A stretch of DNA of 64,000 bases, from the NCBI GenBank assembly GCA_017853835.1, contig JAFMIU010000003.1, positions 41,072 through 105,071 of the forward strand. Direction: 5' to 3'. Every line of letters begins with the position of its first letter. The first letter of the stretch is position 1. Positions 29,890 to 39,429 of the stretch are shown piece after piece. This stretch comes from Pirellulales bacterium (GTDB lineage Bacteria; Planctomycetota; Planctomycetia; Pirellulales; UBA1268). The notes under the pieces are model-generated. The model saw only the letters and a program-made list of their open reading frames with translations. It was not told where the DNA came from and searched no databases. Position numbers and translations under genes: made by a program.

Positions 29890-31851
29890 TCACTCTTGCG
29901 GCAGATCAAACTGGAGGCCGTTGGTTTGCGCTGGGCCCAGTTCACCGGTGAGGCTTGCTCTCCGGAGGCCGCCCGGCTGGCGCATCAACTCCTGGAGCAC
30001 GTCGAGGTGCTGCTCGTAGACGCCCCGCGGTGTCGTGTCGTGCCGCACACAGATCCAGGCCGCCTTGCCCACGATCTCACCCATCATCCCACACGTCCGC
30101 ATCACCCGCACCGGTCCGAGCGCCTCGCGTTCGACGCTGATGTCGCGGCCCGCCATGAAAAGGTTGGACACATTGCGACTGTAGAGGCAGCGGTAGGGCG
30201 CCCAGTAGGGGCCCTCATAGCGATACTCCTTGCCGGTCGTGCAGATCGAGATGAACTCATCGCCGGCGAGCCCTTGGCTGTAGTCAGGATGGGGCTCATG
30301 GATGTCGATGTGCCAGGTATTCGGAAACGCCGGGTCGGGAAACTGCGTGGCCTTTTTGAAATCGTCCACGGTGAGGATCACGTCCCCCACGAGTCGGCGT
30401 GATTCCCGCTTGCCGGCGATGAACGCGGCCCAGCCGAGCCGGTGGTTGGCGTACTTCCCGTCGGTGTTTTTGAGGGCATCCCAGGCACCGTACATGGCTC
30501 GAAGGTTTCGGTCGCGGATGCGCTCCAGATCGGTAAACGGGTTATCGCCGAAGCCGCTTTCCCAGAACCAGCCGCCGAGGCCAGCCAGCCCCTTGCCGGC
30601 CCACTGGGCGGTAAAGGAGGCGCGCCCGGGAAACGGCCTGTCGGTGAGGTCAAGCGCCCACTCGAGTCGCGGGAACGGGGCGGCCACCTGCCCCGACTCT
30701 GTCTGAACGGTCAGCGCGTCTTTGTCCTTGCACTCGCATCCGAGCACCTCGGTCTGACTCGCCTGATCGAGGACATTCCAGAGGTTGCTCGCTCCCATCA
30801 AGCCGTCGGTTGAGATCTCATAATCGGCCCCCGCCAGATAGCCCACCGTTGCGTCACCCGTGCAGTCGGCAAAGAGCCTTCCTCGAATCGACACTCGATG
30901 TGCCGACCGCGTGTTTTGGGCCGTGACCGCTCGGATGGACCCATCGCCGACCTCGACCGCATTGACACGATGCTCGAGGAAGAGTGTGATCCTCGGTTCG
31001 GCCCGGACCACGGCGAGTTTTCGGCCATCCGCGTAGATCGCCCCTCGCTTGGCATTGCCATCCCCGGCCCCCTTCGGCGGGCAGAGTTCCTCGACGATCT
31101 CGCCGATATGGGGAAAGGGCTGCTGGCAGGTATGGCCCTCGGGCCACACCCGAACCTCGCTGCTTCCGTTGCCGCCAAGAACCGGGCGGTCCTGGACGAG
31201 CGCCACCGTCAGGCCGTTGCGGGCGGCCGACACCGCCGCTGCCGTGCCCGCCACGCCTCCACCCACCACGACGAGGTCAAACGCGCCGCCGTCGCCGGGC
31301 TGCTCCTGAAGGCCGAGGAGTTTCCGCCGCCACTGAGCCATCTCGGGATCTCGATTTGGTTTGGGAGTCGTGGGGTCGGTTGAAAAGAGGATGGCGTCGC
31401 AGCGGCCCTCAAAACCAGTCAGATCATGAAGCGTCAGTTCGACATCGCCCTCAACGGCGATCGTGCCCCCATACTGCCAATGCCATTCCGACCCGGTCGT
31501 GCCAAATGTTTCGGAGAGAGGAACGCCGTCGACCAGCAGTTGAAACCGCCCGGGCGCTCCTGGGGCATTCCAGGGAGCCACCCAGTCACGGGTGCGAACC
31601 CAGACGTGATAGGTATCGGCCGATGGAAAGCTCAGGTGCGTCGTCGCGTCGGCAACCGGCACCCCAAGACCGTGCGCGAGGAGATAGGGAGAGCCCATCT
31701 GATCCATCGACTGCTGATCGAGATCCCAGCCACCAAGCGTGGCGAACTGCTCGGCCTCGACGAGAACCGTGGCGGCACACGTGTCGTTTCCGTCATGGGC
31801 GATCGACGCCAGCATCCCGATCAACCACGTCGTCATCGTCTTCAGGCTCAT
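29890..31851 (-). CDS. FAD-dependent oxidoreductase (PF12831-like) with an N-terminal beta-sandwich domain, secreted
   Basis: Dinucleotide fold FDLVVVGGGVAGTAAAVSAARNGLTVALVQDRPVLGGNGSSE. About 190-aa N-terminal domain (VLVEAEQF..GGWDLDQQSMDQMGSPYLLAHG..). Signal-like MSLKTMTTWLIGMLASIA. ATG 31851 preferred to TTG 31899. Confidence 0.75.
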   Translation of the reverse strand: MSLKTMTTWLIGMLASIAHDGNDTCAATVLVEAEQFATLGGWDLDQQSMDQMGSPYLLAHGLGVPVADATTHLSFPSADTYHVWVRTRDWVAPWNAPGAPGRFQLLVDGVPLSETFGTTGSEWHWQYGGTIAVEGDVELTLHDLTGFEGRCDAILFSTDPTTPKPNRDPEMAQWRRKLLGLQEQPGDGGAFDLVVVGGGVAGTAAAVSAARNGLTVALVQDRPVLGGNGSSEVRVWPEGHTCQQPFPHIGEIVEELCPPKGAGDGNAKRGAIYADGRKLAVVRAEPRITLFLEHRVNAVEVGDGSIRAVTAQNTRSAHRVSIRGRLFADCTGDATVGYLAGADYEISTDGLMGASNLWNVLDQASQTEVLGCECKDKDALTVQTESGQVAAPFPRLEWALDLTDRPFPGRASFTAQWAGKGLAGLGGWFWESGFGDNPFTDLERIRDRNLRAMYGAWDALKNTDGKYANHRLGWAAFIAGKRESRRLVGDVILTVDDFKKATQFPDPAFPNTWHIDIHEPHPDYSQGLAGDEFISICTTGKEYRYEGPYWAPYRCLYSRNVSNLFMAGRDISVEREALGPVRVMRTCGMMGEIVGKAAWICVRHDTTPRGVYEQHLDVLQELMRQPGGLRRASLTGELGPAQTNGLQFDLPQE

Positions 31852-31934
31852 GCGAATCGTGATCCATGGTACGACGTCATCTGGACTTATCTTGAACAAT
31901 CTATCGCGGCGTGATGTCAGGCAATAGCCGTTCC

Positions 31935-32380
31935 ATGGCCCATATAAGCATCATCGAATCATTCAGGGACGGTCGGAGCACCCGTGAGGTGGCGACAACG
32001 TTCAACGGCAGCGAGTCGTTGGTGCGTCACGTCACACAGAAACGGGAGCTGGCCAATGATCATCGGTGTCCAACGCGACGGCGCGCCGCTGTGGGCACCG
32101 CTTGCCGAGCGATTCCGTGAGATGATTCTCCAGCAGCCCAACCTGTCGCAACGAGAGCTCAAGGAGAAACGTGGCACTGCACGATCATCCCAGACGTCGT
32201 GCACGGTGGTGCAGCGTCTTCGCCTGCACGGCAAGCAACGTGCTCATCGTCACGGAGCGGGAAGCGCCGGACGGCCCGGAGAGGCGGGAAAAGCGTACGC
32301 CAGAGCAGTCGCTGCCGAATCCCAATCGGCTCGCACGCATCGAAAAAACGTGTGGCAAGACGAACGAAGGATTCGGAATA
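31935..32380 (+). mobile_element. IS630/Tc1-mariner-family transposase remnant (two frameshifts, 3'-truncated, no DDE domain)
   Basis: Three frame-shifted pieces read like an IS630 N-terminus. HTH: IIESFRDGRSTREVATTFNGSESLVRHVTQKRE. Second HTH: ILQQPNLSQRELKEKRG..SCTVVQRLRLHGKQ. Then TEREAPDGPERREKR..PNRLARIEKTCGKTN (compare ..EQDRPDV..R..W..RLVFIDET..KTN). Similarity stops near 32375. Local G+C is lower. Confidence 0.55.
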
Positions 32381-32384
32381 ACGT

Positions 32385-32785
32385 GGCTGCCACAGTTGGC
32401 GGTAACCAAAACGGCACCACGACGATCAATGGCCAGGGCACGCCGGGCACGCCCAGCGTCGAACTGATCAACTCGACTGGAGCGGCATCGGGCGTGACAC
32501 TCAGCCTGTCTTTTTCTGCGGCCGTGGACACGGGCGCTGCTGGCAGCGGGGCCGACTACTCGGGACCGTATCCTGCCAAAGTATCGGCATGGCCGACCAC
32601 ATCGCTCGCCGACGGCTTCTTTTCCCAGATCAACAACGGCGGCTCGACGATGAACATGTCTTTCACGGGTCTCGATGACGACCTCACGTACGACCTACCT
32701 GGGCTTTGGGCTGGCTCGGCTTCGGGAGCCTCGGGCTGATCGTCCGGCGTCGATTGAGTCTTTCTCGGACGAAGCCGGGCTCCTG
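32385..32785 (+). pseudogene. decayed C-terminal fragment of a PEP-CTERM protein gene
   Basis: The frame of track ORF 31984..32739 gives a secreted-protein-like sequence (..VELINSTGAASGVTLSLSFSAAVDTG..MSFTGLDDDLTYDLP). The PEP-CTERM TM plus basic tail (PTWALGWLGFGSLGLIVRRRL) lies in a different frame from about 32694, and the PEP motif itself is lost. No start codon or signal peptide. Confidence 0.5.
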
Positions 32786-32896
32786 ACGGCGAATCGGTCA
32801 CGGCGTTACGCGGGGCCGTCGAGGGCGTGAATCAGACGGCCGCGCTGCCCATGCTGCGTATCCGTTGGGACGGCCAGACCTGCGGCAGTCGTCCGC

Positions 32897-33880
32897 TCAC
32901 CAGGCGTTGCCGGTCGGCTCACCGTCTCGCGGATCGCAGACCGCCGCCCAGGTCTTGGCGTCCATCGAGTCCGTCGCGCCGCGAACGCTCCCGTCCGCCA
33001 TGGTCACGCTCATGCCGCCGGCATGGGCTGTCTGGGCGCGAGAGGAGTCGCAGCCCGAGAGCCAGTTGGGGGCCACCTGAAACATCGCGCACGGCGCATA
33101 CCCGGCCGTTTTCGGCGTCTGCTCGGAGTTGTTGACGCAGAACACCGGCCGCCAGCGGCTATTGGAATCCGACCAGAGATTGCCGGCGGTGGCGGCATCC
33201 TCGAGCGAACCGCCGCTGCCGCAGGTGCCGTACCGCTCGGCGAGCACCACGGTATGCGACGTGCCATCGGAGAAGGTGGTGGGCATCCGGGCCCGGCCCT
33301 GCATCCGGGCGGCGGGGGTCGGCGCCAGCGGGTTGCCGAAGACCGCGCAGTTGGCCGCGTAACTGCCCACCGCCCAGTTGTGGGCACCGCCGTTTTTCGT
33401 GAGCGCCAGGCCGCCGTCGTTCGAGCCGTCCGACGGGCAGCGATAGGTCGGGATCGGCATCGAGTACATCACGCCGCGTCCAGGCGCACCGGAGATCGGC
33501 GTATTCACGTTGCCGCTCGACTCGCGAAACAGCCCGTCCTCCTCGAGGAACGGCAGCAGCCAGTTGAACAGCGTGAAGCCAATCGCCCCCTGGTAGGGCC
33601 CCGGGATGGTGATCGGCTGCGACGACGAAGCCGCCGTGAGCGGCGGGAGATACTTCTTGGCATCGTTGCAGGCGTGGAGCGCAAGGCCCGTCTGCCGCAG
33701 GCTGTTACGACAGGCGGTGCGGCGGGCCGACTCGCGAACGCTCTGCACCGCCGGCAGGAGCAGGCCTGTGAGCGTGGCGATGATCGCGATCACCACGAGC
33801 AGTTCGACGAGCGTAAAACCGTGTAGGGGCCGGGAGGAGGGCGTACCCTGCTTCAACGCGTGAACGTGCTTTCGACCCAT
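32897..33880 (-). CDS. DUF1559 protein with prepilin-type N-terminal methylation domain (H-X9-DG family)
   Basis: [34 protein letters not shown] at the N-terminus. C-terminal [18 protein letters not shown] (H-X9-DG). ATG 33880 ([12 protein letters not shown]..) chosen. Confidence 0.9.
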   Translation of the reverse strand: MGRKHVHALKQGTPSSRPLHGFTLVELLVVIAIIATLTGLLLPAVQSVRESARRTACRNSLRQTGLALHACNDAKKYLPPLTAASSSQPITIPGPYQGAIGFTLFNWLLPFLEEDGLFRESSGNVNTPISGAPGRGVMYSMPIPTYRCPSDGSNDGGLALTKNGGAHNWAVGSYAANCAVFGNPLAPTPAARMQGRARMPTTFSDGTSHTVVLAERYGTCGSGGSLEDAATAGNLWSDSNSRWRPVFCVNNSEQTPKTAGYAPCAMFQVAPNWLSGCDSSRAQTAHAGGMSVTMADGSVRGATDSMDAKTWAAVCDPRDGEPTGNAW

Positions 33881-34107
33881 GGGCCGGAGTGTACGACGAG
33901 GAACATGGATGGTGGTGGCGATGCCACCGTCGGCCGGACTGGCATGAACCAATCACGTTCTCATCGGGGTGGCAGGCGATGCAGGATGAACCACGGGGTC
34001 GGCTCCCGTGGAGTCCGAGAGACCGCGGGGCGCGTCGTTGAGCCTCGGATTGACCGGCCGCCCCCCGCCACGATCACCGCCTGAAACATCGATCACTGGT
34101 CCAGTTC

Positions 34108-34137
34108 TTGACTCAGTCATCGACCGCCTCGCATACT
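34108..34137 (+). promoter_or_regulatory. sigma70-like promoter candidate for the giant PATR gene
   Basis: TTGACT (34108-34113), 18 nt, CATACT (34132-34137), about 120 nt upstream of ATG 34257. Confidence 0.25.
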
Positions 34138-34256
34138 TTATGACTCTTGAGCCGCGCCTCCGAAAACGCTTTTCACAGGCGACGAGGGCGTTCTCCATCG
34201 TGGGGAGAGGTCCTGGCACCATCGAATCGGAATCACACGTCTTCGGAGTTTCCGCC

Positions 34257-37200
34257 ATGCTTTCAATTCTGTGTGGACGTCGGGCCCTGTTCGTCGCGGC
34301 TGCCGCGTTTGCGGGAAGCATGGCCAATGCTGCCTCGATCACCTGGCAGGTGCCGACAGGGTCGTACGACGTGGGTGCCAACTGGAGCACCGGATCGGTT
34401 CCCACGTCTGGTGACGTGGCCCTCATTGCCAATGGCGGTGTCTCCACCCTCACCCTCTCCGGTTCCACGACCGGAGCCCAGCTCACCATCGGCCAAGACG
34501 GTGGCGGCACGTTCGTCCTCGGCGGCTCCGGCACCCACGGGATCGCGGGCCCCCTCCTCGTGGGCTGGACGACCGACGGCAGTGCGACGAAAGGAGCCGG
34601 CACGATCACGATCGGCTCAGGTGCCACGCTCCGGATCGACGCCGGCTCGGGCAACTCGATCATCGGCTCCGGTGCCAACACGCTTGGCGGCTCCGGCACG
34701 GTCACGATCAGCGCCGGCGGCGCGCTGGCGTTCAACGGCTCGGGCAAGAGCCTGATCGTCGGTGAAACGCTCAACGGAAGCGTGTCGACGGCGGCCCTCG
34801 ACGTGCAGGGCACGCTCGATGTCGAGGTTGGCGAACTTCAGTTTGGCCGGGGCCAGGGGGGCGGCGGCACGGGCACCGGCACGCTGACCGTCGGCCCGAA
34901 CGCCACCGTCACGACGCACGACTGGACCAAGTTCGGCACCGACATTCCGTTTGGCAACCACGGGGGAGGCGTCGGTCGGCTCATCATGACCGGCGGCACC
35001 TTCAACAAGCTTGGCGGAGGGCGGCTCGTCTTCGGCAACTACGACGGAACGGGCGAGGCGATCCAGTCCGGTGGTGTCGTCAACATTGCCGGAACGAGCG
35101 AGGGGATCAACATCGGGGCGTTCGGCTTCACGGGCGTCGGTTCCTACACGCTCTCCTCGGGCACGATCAACGTGAGTTCGGGGATGTTTTCCATCGGCCG
35201 CCAAGGAGGCCAGGGCACCTTCACGATGACGGGTGGCCTCGTCCAGAAAACGAGCCCCGACGACTTCGAGGTGGGCGAAGGCGGAAGCGGCGTGATGACG
35301 GTAAGCGGAGGCCTCGTCGACATCCAGGCTGGCGATCTGGCCATCGGCAAGTGGGGAGCCACGGGTTCCGTCACGATCAACGGCTCGGGGGTGGTGCGGG
35401 CCGGCAACGTGATCTTCTCGAAGAACGCCAGCAGCCCGTCGGCCACGCTCACGCTTGGATCGGGCGGTCGGCTCGAGGCCGCGAAGCTTTCGTCGTCCGA
35501 CATTTTCGCCACCACGCAGCTTACGTTTAACGGCGGCCGACTCGTCGCCACCGCCAACCAGCCAGCGTTCATGGCCAACCTCAGCGCCGCCACGATTGAC
35601 GCCGGCGGCGCCACGATCGACACGCAGGGCTACACGGTCGCGATGACACAGCCGCTCTCGGGCTTCGGCAGCCTCACGAAGGTGGGATCGGGCGCACTCA
35701 CGATGACGGGCGCGGGCTCGTATTCGGGCGACACGATCGTGTCGGAGGGCAGCCTCACGCTCTCCACGGCGCACACCGGCGGTGGCGCGGCGACCGTGGC
35801 CGCTGGCGCCTCCTTTGGGGTGGCCGTGGCCGGTTCTCTCAACTCGCAGGTGACGCTCTCGTCACTGGGGCTTGGAAGCGCCAGCAGCATGACGATCGAC
35901 CTCGCCTCGTTCGGCAATCCTTCGACCGCCCCGCTCAACGTGCTCGGCGGACTCACGACCAGCGGCGGCTCCACCATCATCAACTTCGCCACCGGTGCCC
36001 CTGCGGCCGGCACGGTGCCGCTGATCTCCTACGGCAGCCTCAATGCGTTCAACTTCACGCTGGGCACGCTGCCTGCTGGCATGCAGGCCTCGCTCGTCAA
36101 CAACTCGGCGGCCAACCGGATCGATCTGCTGATCTCGAGCATCCCGATTCGTCGTTGGACCGGTGCGGTCAGCAGTGTCTGGGACACGACCACCGCCAAC
36201 TGGGTTTCGACCTTCACCGGGACCGGCCCGACCGCGGTCTTCGCCAATGGTGACGGCCCCGTGCTCTTCACCGACGAGGCCGTTGGATCGACCTCGATCA
36301 CACTCAACACCGCCGTGCAGCCGATCTCGGTCGCGGTCACGAACAACGCCCTCCCCTACACGATCACGGGGAGTGGAACGATCGGCGGGACTGGCGGCCT
36401 GACCAAGTCGGGCGTCGCGCAGCTCACCATCGGAACCCGCAACACCTACACCGGCGCGACCAGGCTCGAGGGAGGCGTCACCTCCGTCGCCGTACTGGCC
36501 AATGGCGGCACCGCCAGCGGCATTGGCGCCTCGGGCAGTGCGGCCTCGAATCTCGTGTTTGCCGGCGGCACGCTCGAATACACGGGCACGAGCCTCACCA
36601 CCAACCGCGGCTTCTCACTCGCAGGCGACGGCGGGATCATCAGCATCACGCAGACCAACGCCCTGCTCACCTTCTCCGGCACCGTCACCGCCGAGTCCGG
36701 CAGCCTCCGAAAGACCGGCGGGGGCAATCTTCGACTGACAGGCACGAGCAACGTGCTCGGCAGGGTGAGCGAAGGCGCCGGTTTCATCGTGGAATCAGGA
36801 TCCATGACGCTCGCCGGTGCCACGCCGGTGCCGACGGCCCAGATCAACACCGTCACGGGTGACGTGCTCCTTGGCGGGATTCCAGACACCCCCGCCTCGC
36901 TCACCCTCACCAACTCAACGCTCAACCTGAGCGGCTGGCTCTCGCTTGGCCACGAAACCAACACGGCCAACACCACGACGACCATGACCCGGGCGGCGGT
37001 CACGGCCAATGCCCTCAGGCTCGGCTACGGCTCCGTCACCAACTCCGGCTCCCACGCCCTGTCGCTCACCAACTCGAGCGTGTCGCTGACGGGTGAGGCG
37101 CTCATCGGCAACATCGGCCCATCGGTCGGATCGCTGAGCGTGCTTGGCACCTCGTCGTTCCGAGCCGGCGGCGACATGAACGTGGGCAACTCCATCGACA

Positions 37201-39422
37201 CCCAGGGTTTCGTCACGGTCGGCGGGTCGGCCTCGCTCACGGTGGTCGGCCGACTCCGGGTGGGTGATCTCGGCCTCGGGAGCCTGGTGGCCACGGGCAC
37301 GTCGCGGCTCACCCTCGACCAGGTTCAGGTGGGCAACGTCGTCACTTCCACCGGCACGATGACCCTCGACTCCGACAGCGCCGCCACACTCTCTGGGTAC
37401 ATCGCCGTCGGCAACACCGGCAATGGCACGCTCGCCATGAGCGGACGTAGTCGGATGAGCGTGCAATACGACCTCAACGTCGCCGACCTTCCGGCGTCGG
37501 TGGGCACGATGACGATCGCCGACCGGGCATCGGCCTCGGCTGGGTCGTTCTTCATCGGCAAGGGGGACGCCAGCGGCGGCACCGTGACCATCACGGGCGG
37601 CACGCTCGCCCAAACAAACACGGGCGGTGATTTCGTCGTGGGCCGCGATGGCGCCGGCGCGCTGACGATCAGCGGATCGGGTTCTGTCGTGGCTTCGGCG
37701 ACCTCGGGCGTGGTCATCGGTGCCACGAGTCTGTCGCAGTCGGCCGGCATCGAGCTCAATGGTGGCGTGCTGACGGCCACCCGTGTTCGAAAGGGCGACG
37801 GTGTTTCGGCCGGGCTGACGTTCAACAGCGGCACCCTGCGGGCCGCCTCGGGCGCGGCCTCGAGTTTTGTCAGCGGCCTCACGAACGTCACCGTGCTGCC
37901 GGGCGGCGCCGTGATCGACACCAATGGGCAGCGTGTGACGTTTGAGTCGGCGATCACCGATGGCGGCGGCGGTGGCCTCACGAAGGTGGGCTCGGGCACG
38001 CTCTCGCTCACCGGGCTCAACACCTACCTCGGCCCCACGGCCGTGCAGGCGGGCACGCTTCGCATCGACGGCGACTCGTCCTTCGCCAGTGGCGCGGTGA
38101 CCGTGGCGTCCGGGGCCACGCTCGCGGGCACGGGCACGGTGGGCGGCGCCACCACGATCCAGACCGGTGCGACGCTCGCCCCAGGTGCCAGCCCCGGAAC
38201 CCTCTCGTTCACGAGCGGGCTCACCCTTGGCGGGGGAGGCAACTACAACTGGCAGATGCTTTCGGCCACCGGCACGGCAGGCGACACGTCGTCGTGGGAT
38301 CTCGTGACCGTCGGCGGAGCGCTCACCGTCAATGCCACGTCGGTCGATCCGTTCAAGATCAACCTGTGGACGCTGTCGGGCATCAATCCCGACGTCAGCG
38401 GCAACGCGACCAACTTCAACTCCTCGCAGGACTACACCTGGACGATCGCCACGGCCTCCGGTGGCATTGCCGGCTTCGCCGCGGACAAGTTCACGGTCAT
38501 CACGTCGGCCACGAATGGCACAGGCGGCTTTGCCAACAGCTTCGGGGCGGGCACGTTTGCGGTCGCGCAGAGCGGCAACGACCTCCAACTCGTCTTTACC
38601 CATGGTTCGGCACCGAGTTCGATCACGATCAACGTGGCAAGCGGCACGCAAACACAGACGGCTGCCGGCTATCCGACACTCTCGGGCACCCTGCCGCTGC
38701 TGAAAACCGGCGCCGGCACGCTCGTGGTCGATCAGGTCAACACGATCTCGGGCAGCACGACGATCCAGGGCGGTGTGCTTCAGGTGGCCAACCTCCAGGC
38801 ACTCCAGTCGAGCACGATCGTTCCCGTTGCCGGCGGCACCATGGCCTTGTCGCCCTACCTCGTGACCGTTGTAGGTGGGCTCGCCCCCAACGCTGGCGGC
38901 CTCACCGACGTTGGCAGCGGCCTCGTCACCGTTTCGGCAGGCCTCTCGGCGACCGACATGGTGACCGCCATCATTTCGGGCTTCGGTGACGGCACCTGGA
39001 ACGGCACCTCCGGTATCACGTCCAGTGTGGTGGCAGCCGATGCCCAACTTGGCATTCCACGTGCCATCGGCTGGCTCGACAACGGTGACGGCACGGTCAC
39101 CTTCGCCTACGCCGCGCCGGGCGATACCAATCTCGACTGGTCGATCGACCTGCTCGACATCGGCACCTACCTCGCCGGCGCGAAATATGACACCGGCGAG
39201 CCGGCGAGTTGGTCGGAGGGTGACTACACCTACGACGGCATCGTCGACATCACCGACGTGGCCCTCTACCTCGGCACGGCCCTTTTCGATGTCGGGCCCT
39301 ACAACCCACCGGCGGGCGCTGCCGGGAGTGTGGCCTCGGTGCCTGAGCCGGCGTTGGGCGTTGCCGCGATCGCTTCCCTGGCCGCGGTTGCCGGCATCCG
39401 TGCCATCCGACGCCGAGCCTGA
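34257..39422 (+). CDS. giant (1721 aa) PATR beta-strand-repeat surface protein with dockerin-like module and PEP-CTERM anchor
   Basis: Signal peptide MLSILCGRRALFVAAAAFAGSMANA. Many PATR units (LTKVGSGALTMTGAGSYSGDTIVSEGSLTLS; LTKSGVAQLTIGTRNTYTGATRLEGG; LTKVGSGTLSLTGLNTYLGPTAVQAGTLRIDG; LLKTGAGTLVVDQVNTISGSTTIQGGVLQV). C-terminus GDTNLDWSIDLLD..DYTYDGIVDITD..VPEPALGVAAIASLAAVAGIRAIRRRA. Confidence 0.85.
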   Translation: MLSILCGRRALFVAAAAFAGSMANAASITWQVPTGSYDVGANWSTGSVPTSGDVALIANGGVSTLTLSGSTTGAQLTIGQDGGGTFVLGGSGTHGIAGPLLVGWTTDGSATKGAGTITIGSGATLRIDAGSGNSIIGSGANTLGGSGTVTISAGGALAFNGSGKSLIVGETLNGSVSTAALDVQGTLDVEVGELQFGRGQGGGGTGTGTLTVGPNATVTTHDWTKFGTDIPFGNHGGGVGRLIMTGGTFNKLGGGRLVFGNYDGTGEAIQSGGVVNIAGTSEGINIGAFGFTGVGSYTLSSGTINVSSGMFSIGRQGGQGTFTMTGGLVQKTSPDDFEVGEGGSGVMTVSGGLVDIQAGDLAIGKWGATGSVTINGSGVVRAGNVIFSKNASSPSATLTLGSGGRLEAAKLSSSDIFATTQLTFNGGRLVATANQPAFMANLSAATIDAGGATIDTQGYTVAMTQPLSGFGSLTKVGSGALTMTGAGSYSGDTIVSEGSLTLSTAHTGGGAATVAAGASFGVAVAGSLNSQVTLSSLGLGSASSMTIDLASFGNPSTAPLNVLGGLTTSGGSTIINFATGAPAAGTVPLISYGSLNAFNFTLGTLPAGMQASLVNNSAANRIDLLISSIPIRRWTGAVSSVWDTTTANWVSTFTGTGPTAVFANGDGPVLFTDEAVGSTSITLNTAVQPISVAVTNNALPYTITGSGTIGGTGGLTKSGVAQLTIGTRNTYTGATRLEGGVTSVAVLANGGTASGIGASGSAASNLVFAGGTLEYTGTSLTTNRGFSLAGDGGIISITQTNALLTFSGTVTAESGSLRKTGGGNLRLTGTSNVLGRVSEGAGFIVESGSMTLAGATPVPTAQINTVTGDVLLGGIPDTPASLTLTNSTLNLSGWLSLGHETNTANTTTTMTRAAVTANALRLGYGSVTNSGSHALSLTNSSVSLTGEALIGNIGPSVGSLSVLGTSSFRAGGDMNVGNSIDTQGFVTVGGSASLTVVGRLRVGDLGLGSLVATGTSRLTLDQVQVGNVVTSTGTMTLDSDSAATLSGYIAVGNTGNGTLAMSGRSRMSVQYDLNVADLPASVGTMTIADRASASAGSFFIGKGDASGGTVTITGGTLAQTNTGGDFVVGRDGAGALTISGSGSVVASATSGVVIGATSLSQSAGIELNGGVLTATRVRKGDGVSAGLTFNSGTLRAASGAASSFVSGLTNVTVLPGGAVIDTNGQRVTFESAITDGGGGGLTKVGSGTLSLTGLNTYLGPTAVQAGTLRIDGDSSFASGAVTVASGATLAGTGTVGGATTIQTGATLAPGASPGTLSFTSGLTLGGGGNYNWQMLSATGTAGDTSSWDLVTVGGALTVNATSVDPFKINLWTLSGINPDVSGNATNFNSSQDYTWTIATASGGIAGFAADKFTVITSATNGTGGFANSFGAGTFAVAQSGNDLQLVFTHGSAPSSITINVASGTQTQTAAGYPTLSGTLPLLKTGAGTLVVDQVNTISGSTTIQGGVLQVANLQALQSSTIVPVAGGTMALSPYLVTVVGGLAPNAGGLTDVGSGLVTVSAGLSATDMVTAIISGFGDGTWNGTSGITSSVVAADAQLGIPRAIGWLDNGDGTVTFAYAAPGDTNLDWSIDLLDIGTYLAGAKYDTGEPASWSEGDYTYDGIVDITDVALYLGTALFDVGPYNPPAGAAGSVASVPEPALGVAAIASLAAVAGIRAIRRRA

Positions 39423-39429
39423 AAAAGAC

